Assembly: GCA_002269645.1 (NCBI GenBank)
Contig: NIVC01000636.1
Coordinates: 186,001 to 250,000 of the forward strand
From: Macrostomum lignano
Taxonomy: Eukaryota
Direction of reading: 5' to 3'
Length of the DNA stretch: 64,000 bases
Within the stretch, counting starts at the first letter, position 1. Each line of letters starts with the position of its first letter. Below the pieces are notes generated by a model. That model was not told where the DNA came from, did not search any database, and saw only the letters and a list, made by a program, of their open reading frames with translations. Positions 35,387 through 47,776 of this stretch are shown in pieces. The position numbers and the translations under genes were made by a program.

Positions 35387-38300
35387 TCACAGCAGCCGTC
35401 CGAAGACGATGACCTCGCACAGGGTGAGGAACTCATTACTGAAGCGCTGCGTGACCTTGAGAGTCGTGCCAACCTGCTCGCAAGGAAAGTCCTTGATGCT
35501 GAATACCTGGGTGGAGTTGTAGCTGGCGCACTGCAGGCCGTCCACGGAGATCGCGAAGTTATTCAGTCTGGACTCCAAGTCGTCCTGCCGGTTGTAGATG
35601 CGCACCAAGCTGACGAAGGCCCTGGAGGCCATTGAGGCCTGCCACCACTCGTTGCCCACTGATGCCTGGGTATGGGTGCAGATGGCCCCGGCGTTGTGAT
35701 TTTGGTCCAGGTTTCCGTCAATGGCATTGTTGCAGTTTCCATTATAGGTGCTTGACTCGCTACATCCTGACAGCTGCAGTTGCTCTGAAATGTTTTTGGT
35801 CGATTGAGCGAGTTATTAACTACCTAAAGACTTCAATTCAGAATAGTCCTGCTCCTGTCTAAAAATTTCAGGCGATAGTTTAGGGTTTGAGCTTTGACAG
35901 CTTTGAAAACTGTCACACGTGGACAGCTAAAGCAGATGGAGCCTGCATAGATAGGGTGTTGCATAGAATTGATTAGTGTGATGCGACATATAACAAGCTG
36001 AATAGTGACAAGCTACAGGTGTATGTCATTTTCGTTGCACACACACGTACTTGCAGGTTTCGTCTACAAGCTACAAGCTTGTGCGCACGATTGACCATAG
36101 GCATTCACTGGACAAGCGAAATTTTCGAGGTCTAAATTGTACGAGCTCTTAGAACTTGACCAGATAAGTCAAATGATAAGTTAGATAAGAAGCCATCGTT
36201 GTCATCCCACACACTCAGAGCAAAATTGCACCCAGTCGGGTGCTGCAGACGCTCGCCAATCAGATGACACATTTCGTCGACACGTTCCTCGCGCAAGCGA
36301 AACCTCGATTGATGATCATTGTAGTCGACATCAAAGTCGAAATTTATCCTTTCTTTGAATGTTCGGGGACGCTTAATTGGCTCCTTTTGATCGAAATCTT
36401 CTGAATCTGACTCATAGAACATTTTAGCTCAATGGATGTAATATGCTTTCAACCGACTACAAGCTTGAATAGCTCGTGGTTCACTACTCAACTTGTCACA
36501 CTCGAATTTACTATGACACTAGCCAACATTAGATTATATGCAATAAACCGCTTGTAGCGCGACTAGTCACTGTTCACTTGTAGCTTGCCGCCTACTTGTA
36601 ACTTGTCAAGTCTCTGTGCAACACAAGTCACCATTCGCTATTCTCTTGTCAAGCTTGTAGCTTGTAACTTGAGACTAATCATGCATACTGCAACACCCCC
36701 AGCATGCTCTCGAACAACACTGATTTTTCTCGACCGGATTTGTCTATGGCAGAACCCCATTCAGCGCTATGCGTTCTCTGGAGCGCTACGCCGTTTTGCC
36801 GCCTATTTCGACCAAATTTGCATCGAAAAACTCGCGACGCTTCTTTCTATTCAGTCACTGTGAGCTGGCCGGCCCCGGGTATCGAATCCAGATATTTACA
36901 AATTGTGACATCCTCTGCTAAACAAATCGACTCGCAGAACTTCAAGCGGATGTCAATCGCCCCGTGGTGTGTTTCGTCTGGCAGTTCCCTTGCCAGCTTG
37001 CTGTTACAACATGTAACAATTAAGCTTTTTACTGATATACAACTCTTTCCGTGGCCCCGACGTGAAGAGCCGCGCAGTGCGGACGGCCGTCCGGACTCTG
37101 ACGGGGCGCAAAAAGCGCGTGGCGCTTAACCGGAAGGCAAGGCGCTCGGCCCTGACGAAGTCCCGGTCGAAGCGCTGCGACTTCGCTGTGTGGCCTCCCA
37201 GGTCACAGGCGTCATGAACCGCGTGCTCGCCGAGTGGACTGTCGCGCACATCGTGCCGATACCGAATAAGACAGGGACAACGCGGAAAGAAGACCACCGC
37301 GGGATCTCGCTGATGTCCTGCACCACGAAGCTCTTCAACCGCCTGCTGCTCGATCGTCTGCAGTCGGTGCTGGACCCGTACCTGCGGTACGAGCAGAACG
37401 GATTCCGGCCGCAACGCAGTATAGTGACACAGATCCTCGAACTCCGCCGTGTCATCGAGGAGGCGCGCATCCGCCAGTCTACGCTGATCATTGTCTTCGT
37501 TGACTTTCGAAAGGCGTTTGACTCGGTATTGAGAGCTGCGCTTCCCTTTGTCCTTCGAGACTACCGGGTACCCCAGCAGCCGATCGACGCTATCATGTCG
37601 CTGTATCGCGATACTCGAGCTGCTGTGGTGACGGCGGACGGCCTGTCTGACCTGTTCGATACTTCATCAGGAGTTCTGGAGGGCGACACGCTGGCGCCGT
37701 TCCTCTTCGTGCTGCTGCTGGACTGGGTGCTTCGGACCGCACTCCCCTCGGCTAATGACGGCTTCCTGCTGAGCAGACGCATCGGTCGCCGCCACGGCGA
37801 AAAGCGTCTAAGCGTGCTTGGCTACGCCGACGACCTCGCCCTCCTGTCCTGAGGTATGGCGCAGCGCGAAGAGCGCGACCCCGAGTAGGGAGAGCATGGT
37901 CCATTTGCACCGACAAGTGTCGGAGTCGCCTCCACTTGCCCCACGATTCTCGCGGGACGAAAGTGGACCATGTTGGAGGCTCTGTTGCTTGGCGGGTAGC
38001 AGTTGGGGCAGCTGCAAGGAGTTGCTGCTCAACACCTACAAGGCCATTTCGCGCAGCATCCTCAACTACACTGCTCCTGTTTGGGGACCTGTCATCTCGT
38101 CCACCTTCTGGAACGGGCTTCAGTCGGTCCAAAACGCGGCCATTCGGTGCATCACCGGCTGCACCGTCAACACCTCTGTTGCCGACCTTCACTGCGAGAC
38201 CCGGATGCTCCCGGTCCAGCAGCACAACAGGCTCCTGTCTCTCCAGTTCCTCCTGGCCTCTCGCCGTCCTGAGCACCCCTGCCACCTTTCCGCCTGCCCG

Positions 38301-41082
38301 GCCCCTCGCCGGCGCATGAAGCCGTCCATTTTTACCGCACCATTCTTTGACGATTCCTGGCAGCCAGTCGAAGCCCCGGCGGTCCTCGACGACGCGGCAG
38401 CCTGGGACAGGGCGAGGCGAGCTCAACACTCGCTCATAGTGCTCAATCACATCGACGGCCTACCTCCTAACCGCGTCGTCGGCCTTCGCCCCGACGTCTG
38501 CGATTCCGAGCGTTCTTTGCCGCGTCGGACCCGCTCTCTGCTCGCCCAGCTGCGCTCTGGCTTCAGTCATATCCTACGTAGTTACCAGCACCGGTTGAAT
38601 CCTGAGACGCCTCCAAGCTGTCCTGAGTGCGACGCGGCCACGCATGATTGCCTGCATCTTTTTAATTGCCCGGCTCACCCCACCGAGTTGGTGCCTTCTG
38701 ACCTGTGGCGCAACCCTGTTGAAGTCGCTGAGTTCCTGTCGCTGCCTGTCCAGCGCGACCCTGGCGAGGGTTAAAAACAACAACAAACAACCCTCCTGTC
38801 CTCGTCCGTTGAAGGCGCCCAGCGCCAGATCGACAGGCTGGTCGAGGTGGCATCGAGCGTTGGTCTGATCGTCAACACGCTGAAGACCGAGGTGCTGACT
38901 GTGCCGGCCGACATCGCAGCGGACCTGACGTGCCGCGGCGCAGACGGGCAGACGACCAAGCTCGCACGCTGCCAGCGGTTCACCTACCTCGGCGGTCTGG
39001 TGCCCCACGTGGAAGAGGACCCCCGGCGGCGCAGAGTACTTGCCTGGGCGGCCTTTCGACAGCCGTCCTCCAGTCCGAAGCGCTGCCCGACCGCCAGAGG
39101 GCTCGGCTGTCGCAGGCGGTGGTCGAAGCCGTCCTGCTCTACAACGCCGAGACGTGGACACTGACGGATACGCTGGAGCGGCAGCTGGACTCGGCGCACT
39201 CAGGGCTGCTCCGTGCGGCCTTTAGAGCTGACGAGAGCGTCGGGACCGAGGCCCTGTACGATCGGGCCAAGCTGCAGCGCCCGTCCACCATCCTGCGCCG
39301 GCGGCGACTTCAACTGGCGGGCCACGTGATCCGGGCCGAGGGCTACTGCCCCCAACCTGTTCAGGACGTCCTGCTGCTCACCTTGCAGGGTCCGTTCAGG
39401 CGGAATCAGACTCGAACCCGTCGATATGTGGACTGCCTGCTGTGCGACGCTGGGGTGCCCGGCACGACCAACGGATCGGACTTTGTTCGCTCCCAGGCTC
39501 TGCGGCGCGCCATCTGACGCGCCCTGCTTTAACTGTGACCTTTGCTAGCAGGGCCGCGTATTTTGTTGTTGTTGTCGTGGTCTTGAGACTTATACTTAGA
39601 CTTACAATGATTTTGCCTCTGTCAACATTGCTAAGGTGCGTAGTGTTCTTATTGATTTTCTGGAGCCATGGTGGCTGAGGGTGGGGGTTCTTATTGATTT
39701 TCTGGAGCCATGGTGGCTGAGGGTGGGGGTTCTTATTGATTTTCTGGAGCCATGGTGGCTGAGGGTGGGGGTTCTTATTGATTTTCTGGAGCCATGGTGA
39801 CTGAGGGTGGGGGTTCTTATTGATTTTCTGGAGCCATGGTGACTGAGGGTGGGGGTTCTTATTGATTTTCTGGAGCCATGGTGACTGAGGGTGGGGGTTC
39901 TTATTGATTTTCTGGAGCCATGGGGACTAAGGGTGGAGGGTTCTTACTGATTTTTGTTTGCTGTTATGCGACTTTGAATAAATAATCAGCGGTCATAAAA
40001 AATGCGAATAATGATCATCAATTTGCCAGACAATGGTCAAAATAAACCGGTAGAACGGTGCAGTAATGCGACAAATGTAAATTCCTTTCTGGCCTCTACG
40101 AGTTCGCATCTCGTTTCTAAGAAAATCGAGTCTAGCGTCCTTCTGCTTCAGCTGTCCGTGCTTTAACACTTGAAGGAAAAGAGTCGGTGGAGCCCTGTTT
40201 GAGTGTGTGGGCTGTGTTAATTTATTTGTTAACTTTGAGCTCAGAGGATCAGTCTATCCACATACGGTTGTTCTGTACAAAAACCCAATGACCTAATAAT
40301 CTCATAACATACATAATTTATCTTCGTAAAATTCATTGAATCGAATGAAGCTTCCCCGCACTGCAACTTGCCAATCTTCCATTCCATTTCAAACACCCGG
40401 TCGCCTGTGCAGTCGGTCGCGCTGGCGGCAGTCGCACTCGCGTTGACCTCCAGCTCGCTGCTCAGCAGGTCGCAGACGCCGCCGCTTTCGACGTTATCAG
40501 CGAGGCGAACACCGCGGCAGCGAGCCTCCAAAGCGCATCTCATGGAACAGCGGGACAGTTCGTCCCAAAACCTGCCGTCGGAGCAGGAGGCGGCCGGATT
40601 TCTGGGCAGAAAGGTCGATACTGAACTGCGGTGCTGCGCCGCATCAGCCTCAAAAACTGGCAGAAGCAGCAGCAGCGGCAGCAGCAGGCAGTAGCTGACC
40701 GCGGCCAGCGCCTTCACCAGCTCGGCTCGCGTTTGGGCAACCTGAAATGTCAGCAATATTTAGAGTTGCTATGGGTGAGCTGAGACCCTCAGTCACAGTG
40801 TGCATGGGTGAGCTGAGACCCTCAGTCACAGTGTGCATGGGTGAGCTGAGACCGTCAGTCACAGTGTGCATGGGTGAGCTGAGACCCTCAGTCACAGTGT
40901 GCATAAGTGAGCTCAGTCCCTCAGTCACAGTGTGTATGGGTGAGCTGAGACCCTCAGTCACAGTGTTTTAATCGATAAGCATAATTAGTCCAACCAAGAA
41001 AATTGTAGCATCAGACCCGAATCGAAAATCTCCGACTCACCTGCGTTTTCCGACCAGAAACAGAGAGGTTTGCACCGGCCAT
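35387..41082 (-). CDS. PAN-like + F-type lectin, paralog 2; exons 41082-41041, 40741-40372, 35784-35387
   Basis: 14-codon first exon MAGANLSVSGRKTQ, then VAQTRAELVKALAAVSYCLLLPLLLLL (signal). GC donor at 40371. FTLD NAIDGN...CTHT...WWQ...VRIYNRQDDLESRL...LTLCEVIVFG. The 4.6-kb intron 2 contains transposon insertions. Confidence 0.85.
35954..36698 (-). mobile_element. PIF/Harbinger-like transposon relic
   Basis: 36132-36422 reads RPRTFKERINFDF...RFRL...IGERLQHPTGCNFALS, resembling the HARBI1-type transposase N-terminus. Inverted GGGTGTTGCA at 35954-35963 and 36689-36698, with degenerate subterminal ACAAGCT repeats. Confidence 0.6.
37050..39575 (+). mobile_element. RTE-like non-LTR retrotransposon, 5'-truncated and degenerate, split by a nested LINE
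   Basis: GKALGPDEVP...IVPIP...RGISLMS...KLFNRLL...EQNGFRP...FVDFRKAFDSV...GVLEGDTLAPFLF...YADDLALLS, resuming after the insert as SVEGAQ...GLIVNTLKTEV...LLYNAETWTL...RRLQLAGHVIR. 3' hairpin GCCCTGCT/AGCAGGGC and (TTG)n tail. Confidence 0.9.
37851..38790 (+). mobile_element. 3' fragment of a second non-LTR element (Jockey/I-group-like) nested in the RTE
   Basis: LAGSSWG..KELLLNTYKAISRSILNYTAPVW...LQSVQNAAIRCITG...LAQLRSG...CPEC...HLFNCPAHPT...LWRNPVEVAEFL. (AAC)n-like tail. 12-bp TSD CCCTCCTGTCCT at 37839-37850 and 38791-38802. Confidence 0.88.
39650..39950. repeat. 42-bp minisatellite
   Basis: GAGCC at 39663 and 39705; unit GAGCCATGGTGGCTGAGGGTGGGGGTTCTTATTGATTTTCTG. Confidence 0.95.
40770..40968. 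repeat. 33-bp minisatellite (GGGTGAGCTGAGACCCTCAGTCACAGTGTGCAT)n; also 44975-45400, 49110-49500, 51960-52200
   Basis: Same unit in intron 1 of lectin paralogs 2, 3 and 4. Confidence 0.95.
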
Positions 41083-42234
41083 GTTGGAAAGCCTTGTCTT
41101 GCTGCGCTGCCTTTCTGCTTTGCAAAATGCTTTAAATTTGTCTTGCTTTTTTACATAGTTGGGAAGGTTTCTTTGCTAAATATGTTTTCTGCTCATCTTC
41201 ATTCAAGTGTCTTCTCAGCCTCCTCCTTAACACACCATTGTTTAAGTCTGCTGCATGGTTGCTTAGGCGCACGGGAGCATGCCAACTCACCAGCAGCTCC
41301 CATTCTGAGCCCTGGCCTGACTGCGGAGCCGTAGAGCCGTGAGTCAGTCAACAGAAAGGCAACAATTCAAAGAGCTTCTCCCTGCCAGCTCTGCCTGCAG
41401 CGCTGCCACAGTCGAGAGTTGGCGCCAACAGCCCAAGAAGCGAAGCGAGCGGTTTCACATTGGCTGTGATCGTTGCCCCGGCAACGGGAGGAAGAATTGA
41501 GGAGGGGACGAAAATGCTCTCCAGCACACCTGCATGAATGCAGAGCAGCTGGGAAGCTGGCCGGTGTTTCGCTCTGATCCTCATTGCGAGGCCCAAGAGG
41601 AGGAGAATTGACGTGTTTGGCATCCCAGTCACTTTTTGCTGTTCCCAGCCACAGAATCTGCAGGAAGGGAACGAAAGATCTCCTATGACTGCCTGTGTGT
41701 GGGTTTAGCATTCAAATGCTGCATGAACTTTAAGATTCGTGATTTTAATGTTAGATTCTCTGATGATTCTCTGATGATTTTCTGATGACTCTCTGATGAT
41801 TCTTTGATGATTCTTTTATGATTCTCTGATGATTCTCTGATGATGTTCTGATGACTCTCTGATGATTCTTTGATGATTCTCTGATGATTCTCTGATAATC
41901 GTGAAAAAATTTTATCGTGACTAAATCGTGAAATAATTAAAATAATTAAAATTATTATCGTGAAATAATTTTATCGTGACTAAAATGTGTACATTTATCA
42001 TTTTATAAGCTTTCCACTCGGGAAATGTTTGCATGGTCAGCCTGGCATTCCAGCTGCATGAGAGCACTGCTGAGGACCGAAAGTTGCAAGTCAAATAAAA
42101 TGAAAAGCCGACAAAATTTTACAGAAACTGCGAGAGGACTTTTAAGACTTATTTGATATAAATATGCTTTTGTTTATTTCAGACAGCAGGTAATTCGCTG
42201 TTGTATCGTTCAGAAAGAGATTGAAAACTTTCAC

Positions 42235-42640
42235 TTTGAGGGCCGGCTGAGGACAGGCTGAGGGCAGGCTGAGGGCCGGCTGAGGACAGGCTGAGGGCAG
42301 GCTGAGGGCAGGCTGAGGCGGGCTGAGGGCAGGCTGAGGGCAGGCTGAGGACAGGCTGAGGGCAGGCTGATGACAGGCTGAGGCGGGCTGAGGGCAGGCT
42401 GAGGGCCGGCTGAGGACAGGCTGAGGGCAGGCTGAGGGCAGGCTGAGGCGGGCTGAGGGCAGGCTGAGGGCAGGCTGAGGACAGGCTGAGGCGGGCTGAG
42501 GGCAGGCTGAGGGCCGGCTGAGGACAGGCTGAGGGCAGGCTGAGAGCAGGCTGAGGACAGGCTGAGGACAGGCTGAGGCAGGCTGAGGACAGGCTGAGGG
42601 CAGGCTGAGGGCAGGCTGAGGGCAGGCTGAGGGCAGGCTT
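42235..42640. repeat. 11-bp repeat (GAGGGCAGGCT)n; also 46905-47050. (TGATTCTCTGA)n lies at 41755-41900 and 46035-46375
   Basis: Direct reading. Confidence 0.93.
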
Positions 42641-42924
42641 ATCATTGCACTGTGGGAAACTGGGCTGGTTGATGGAGAAACAAAAAAGTTGCAGGTGCTG
42701 CACAGCTGGCTTGCTTTTCATATTTGATGTAAGTTCGCAAACCTGTCAATCATTTGTGGGGCTGATGCTGTCAAATCTATCGGATAAGAGTTACGTCTGA
42801 AACAATGATAAAATCTGTTTTGTGTGTAAATTAAGGGACAGGCAGTAATTCTAGGCAACATTATGTAGTGAAGAAAAATCGAGAGAAAAGCTCCAGATTG
42901 TATAGGTGTATGTTTAACATATAA

Positions 42925-43425
42925 TAGGTGTACTGGCTACAGTTGATCATGTTTAGCATAGGTGTGCTCATGGCTACAGTTGATCATGTTTAGCATAGGT
43001 GTGCTCATGGCTACAGTTGATCATGTTTAGCATAGGTGTGCTCATTGCTACAGTTGATCATGTTTAGCATAGGTGTGCTCATGGCTACAGTTGATCATGT
43101 TTAGCATAGGTGTGCTCATGGCTACAGTTGATCATGTTTAGCATAGGTGTGCTCATGGCTTCAGTTGATCATGTTTAGCATAGGTGTGCTCATGGCTACA
43201 GTTGATCATGTTTAGCATAGGTGTGCTCAAGGCTTCAGTTGATCATGTTTAGCATAGGTGTGCTCATGGCTACAGTTGATCATGTTTAGCATAGGTGTGC
43301 TCGTGGCTTCAGTTGATCATGTTTAGCATAGGTGTGCTCATGGCTACAGTTGATCATGTTTAGCATAGGTGTGCTCATGGCTACAGTTGATCATGTTTAG
43401 CATAGGTGTACTCATGGCTACAGCT
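42925..43425. repeat. 37-bp minisatellite (GATCATGTTTAGCATAGGTGTGCTCATGGCTACAGTT)n; also 47330-47690
   Basis: Direct reading. Confidence 0.95.
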
Positions 43426-43489
43426 TCCAGCTAGCTGTCAGCCTTCACTTCACTAATCAGCATCGGTCATCGACTCTGCTAAGAAACGC

Positions 43490-45518
43490 TTACAGCAGAC
43501 GTCCGAAGGCGATGACCTCGCACAGGGTGAGGAACTCATTACTGAAGCGCTGCGTGATCTTGAGGGTCGTGCCAACCTGCTCGCAAGGAAAGTCCTTGAT
43601 GCTGAATGCCTGAGTGGAGTCGTAGCTGGCGCACTGCAGGCCGTCCACGGAGATCGCGAAGTTATTCAGTCTTTCTGCGTTGCCGCCCTGCCGGTTGTAG
43701 ATGCGCACCAGACTGACGAAGGCCCTGGAGGCCATGGAGGCCTGCCACCACTCGTTGACCCCCGTTGCCCGGTTAGTATGGGTGCAGACGGCTCCAGAGT
43801 TGTGGTTTTGGTCCAGGTTTCCGTCAATGGCGTTGTTGCAGTTGCCTTCAAGTGTGCTTGACTCGCTACATCCTGTCAGATTCAGCTGCTCTGGAATGTT
43901 TTATTTAAAATAACGCTTGTGCTCAAAGCTTGCTCTCTACACCCTTGTTTGCCTTGAGTAAACTGCTTTACTCTAATCTTGATTTTAAGAGAACTGAGCA
44001 TTGCCACAACAAGCCACCAAAAAGTTGCTTTCTAGTCGGTAGGTAACGAGTGTTTAGCAATTTCATTAAAAAATACATTCTTCATCAACTGCGTACACAT
44101 GGAAATTTAGGGTTACATTCGCACTGATGGCTTAGGGAGTGCTCAGGGCTCAGCATAAATGCATGCCGGCTTGCCTTCTTGCTAGCTGGCATCTCAGCCT
44201 CTATGCAAGATGACTGGATCAGCTGACTGCAACTTGCCAGCCAAATGGAACTGAAGCCCCTGACTGCAACTTGCCAGCCAAATGGAACTGAAGCTCCTGA
44301 CTGCAACTTGCCAGCCAAATGGAACTGAAGCCCCTGACTGCCACTTGTCAGCCAAATGGAACTGAAGCCCCTGACTGCAACTTGCTGCCAGCCAAATGGA
44401 ACTGAAGCCCCTGACTGCCACTTGCTGTCAGCCAAATGGAACTGAAGCCCCTGACTGCAACTTGCTGCCAGCCAAATGGAACTGAAGCCCCTGACTGCAA
44501 CTTGCTGCCAGCCAAATGGAACTGAAGCCCCTGACTGCAACTTGCCAGCCAAATGGAACTGAAGCCCCTGACTGCAACTTGCCAGGCTTCCATGCCAACA
44601 CCCGGTCGCCCGTGCAGTCGGTCGCGCTGGCGGCAGTCGCACTCGCGTTGACCTCCTGCTCGCTGCTCAGCAGGGCGCAGACGCCGCCGCTTCCGCCGTT
44701 ATCAGCGAGGCGAACGCCGAGGCAGCGAGCCTCCAAAGCGCATCTCATGGCGCAGCTGCTCAATGCGTCGCGCAGCCGGTCATCAGAGCAGGAGGCGGCC
44801 GGATTTCTGGGCAAGAAGGTGACTCTCGAGCCGCAGTGCTGCGCCGCATCAGCCTCAAAAACTGGCAGAAGCAGCAGCAGCGGCAGCAGCAGACAGTAGC
44901 TGACCGCGGCCAGCGCCTTCGCCAGCTCGGCTCCCGTTTGGGCAACCTGAAATGTCAGCAATATGTAGAGTTGCTATGGGAGAGCTGAGGCACTCAGTCA
45001 CAGTGTGCATGGGTGAGCTGAGGCTCTCAGTCACAGTGTGTATGGGTGAGCTGAGGCACTCAGTCACAGTGTGCATGGGTGAGCTGGAGCCCTCAGTCAC
45101 AGTGTGCATGGATGAGCTGAGACCCTCAGTCACAGTGTGCATGGATGAGCTGAGACCCTCAGTCACAGTGTGAATGGGTGAGCTGAGACCCTCAGTCACA
45201 GTGTGCATGGGTGAGCTGAGACCCTCAGTCACAGTGTGCATGGGTGAGCTGAGACCCTCAGTCACAGTGTGCATGGATGAGCTGAGACCCTCAGGCACAG
45301 TGTGCATGGGTGAGCTGAGACCCTCAGTCACAGTGTGCCTGGGTGAGCTGTGACCCTCAGTCACAGTGTGCCTGGGTGAGCTGAGACCCTCAGTTACAGT
45401 GTTCGAACCGATTAGCATAATTATTCTAGCTAAGAAAATTGTAGCATTAGACCCGAATTGAGAATCTCAGACTCACCTGCGTTTTCCGACTAAAAATGGA
45501 GAGATTTTCACCTGCCAT
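43490..45518 (-). CDS. PAN-like + F-type lectin, paralog 3; exons 45518-45477, 44946-44583, 43890-43490
   Basis: First exon MAGENLSIFSRKTQ, same phases as paralog 2. GC donor at 44582. FTLD with RIYNRQGGNAERL. Confidence 0.85.
44235..44582. repeat. 37/40-bp minisatellite starting at the GC splice donor; also 48480-48720
   Basis: Minus-strand unit GCAAGTTGCAGTCAGGGGCTTCAGTTCCATTTGGCTG. Confidence 0.93.
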
Positions 45519-47776
45519 TGTTGGAATTATTTCGCTTGTTGCGCTGCCTTTCTGCTTTGCAAGATGCTTTTCATTGGATTTGTCTTGCTTTCTTTTCACT
45601 GGTTTGGGAAGATTTCTTTGTTAAATATGTTTTCTGCTCATCTTCATCTTCATCTCAGCCTCCTTAACGCACCATTGTTTAAGTCTGCTGATTGTTTGGG
45701 CGCATGGGAGCGTGCCAACTAACTAGCAGCTCCCATTCAGAGCCCCGGCCTGACTGCGAACTGTAGAGCCAGCCGTGAGTCAATGAACAGAAAGGCAACA
45801 ATTCAAAGAGCTTCTCCCTGCCAGCTCTGCCTGCGGTAAGCATCATTCAGTTGAGTTCCCGCCACAGCACAGGAGAGCGAAGCGAGAGGTCTCAAATTGG
45901 CTGTGAAATTTGCCCGGCAACTGGAGAAAGGAGTGAGGAGGGGACGAAAGTGCTTTCCAGCAGACCTGCATGAATGCAGAGCAGCTGAAGAGCTGCCCGG
46001 TGTTTCGCTCTGATCCTCAACAAGGCTTTGACTCTCATGATTCTCCGATGATGTTCTGATGATTCTCTGATGATTCACTGATTATGTTCTGATGATTCTC
46101 CGGTGATTCTCTGATGATTCTCTGATGATTCCTTGATGATTCTCTGATGATTCTCTGATGACTCTCTGATGATTCTCTCATGATTCTCTGACGATTCTGT
46201 GATGATTCTCTAATGATTCTCTGACGATTCTCTGATGATTCTCTGACGATTCTCTGGTGATTCTCTGGTGATTCTCTGATGATTCTCTGATGATTCTCAA
46301 ATGATTTTCTCATGATTCTCTCATGATTCTCTAATGATTTTCTGATGATTCTCTGATTCTCTCATGACTCTCTGATAAAAAAGTACAAGTGGTTGCTCAT
46401 ATACACTACTTACGTGGCAAAAAATCATATAAATATAGCACATCTATCATCGCTGAATTCTATAAATATTAATTCTCAATAATCCGTCTGCATTCAATCT
46501 AATTTTTAAAAGCAATTGCTGTTCTTCCTGCCTACTAGAAGTAGCTTGTGATTCACCTTGCAGTTGGAATGAATTTATTCGTATTCCGCTCAGAAAAGGT
46601 TAGAATGCTCAACCCAGACATTCCAGCTATTTGAGAACACTGCCGAGGACTGAAGGCTTCTGCGTCAAGACGTGGCAGAAAAGCGGTTGGTTTGGAGCAT
46701 CGGTGTAATTTATTCAGCTGTTGTTCAATTTCTAAATTTTCTCAGGCTGTTGAGTTGTAAGTCGCAATCAAATAAAATGAAGACAGGAGGGATTTTACAG
46801 AAATTGAGAGGACTTTTGGCTTGTTTGGTCTGAATATGCTTTATTTCAGACAACAGTTTATTAGCAGTCGTATTATCTAGAAACAGATTGGACACTTTCA
46901 TTTGGAGGGCAGGCTGAGGGCAGGCAAAGGGCAGGCTTAGGGCAGGCTGAGGGCAGGCTGAGGGCAGGCTGAGGGCAGGCTAAGGGCAGGCTGAGGGCAG
47001 GCTAAGGGCAGGCTGAGGGCAGGCTGAGGGCAGGCTGAGGGCAGGCTCATCATTGCATTGTGGGAAATTGCTGTTTGATGGAGAAACAAAAATGTAGCAG
47101 GTGCTGCACAGCTGGCTTGCTTTTCATATTTAATTTAAGTTCGCAAACTTGTCGATCATTTGTGGGGCTGATGCTGTCAAATCTATTGGATAAGAGTTAG
47201 GTCTGAAACAATGATAAAATATGTTTTGTGTAAATTAAGTGACAGGCAGTAATTTTAGGCAAGATTATGTAGTAAAGAAAAATCTAGAGAAAAGCTCCAG
47301 ATGGTATAGGTGTATGTTTAACATATAATAGGTGTACTGGCTACAGTTGATCATGTTTAGCATAGGTGTGCTCGTGGCTACAGTTGATCATGTTTAGCAC
47401 AGGTGTGCTCATGGCTACAGTTGTTCATGTTTAGCATAAGGTGTGCTCATGGCTACAGTTGATCCTGTTTAGCATAGGTGTGCTCATGGCTACAGTTGAT
47501 CCTGTTTAGCATAGGTGTACTCAAGGCTACAGTTGATCATGTTTAGCATAGGTGTGCTCATGGCTACAGTTGATCATGTTTAGCATAGGTGTGCTCATTG
47601 CTACAGTTGATCATGTTTAGCATAGGTGTGCTCATTGCTACAGTTAATCATGTTTAGCATAGGTGTGCTCATTGCTAGAGTTAATCAGCGTCCAATTAAC
47701 CTTCAGCGTTCACTTCACAAATTAGCATCAACCATCGACTCCGCTGAGAAACGCTTGGCCGGTCGCTTCTTCGGCT

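Noticed and set aside
37150-37175. CTGACGA...GAAG hammerhead-like string
   Set aside because: No GAAA or stem II; it is the coding GPDEVP motif of the RTE.
37851-37975. Structured segment (GTCCATTT/AAGTGGAC, CCGAC/GTCGG stems) at the 5' end of the nested LINE
   Set aside because: Could not be matched to an HDV, hammerhead or tRNA fold by eye; may be a 5' inversion or scrambled end.
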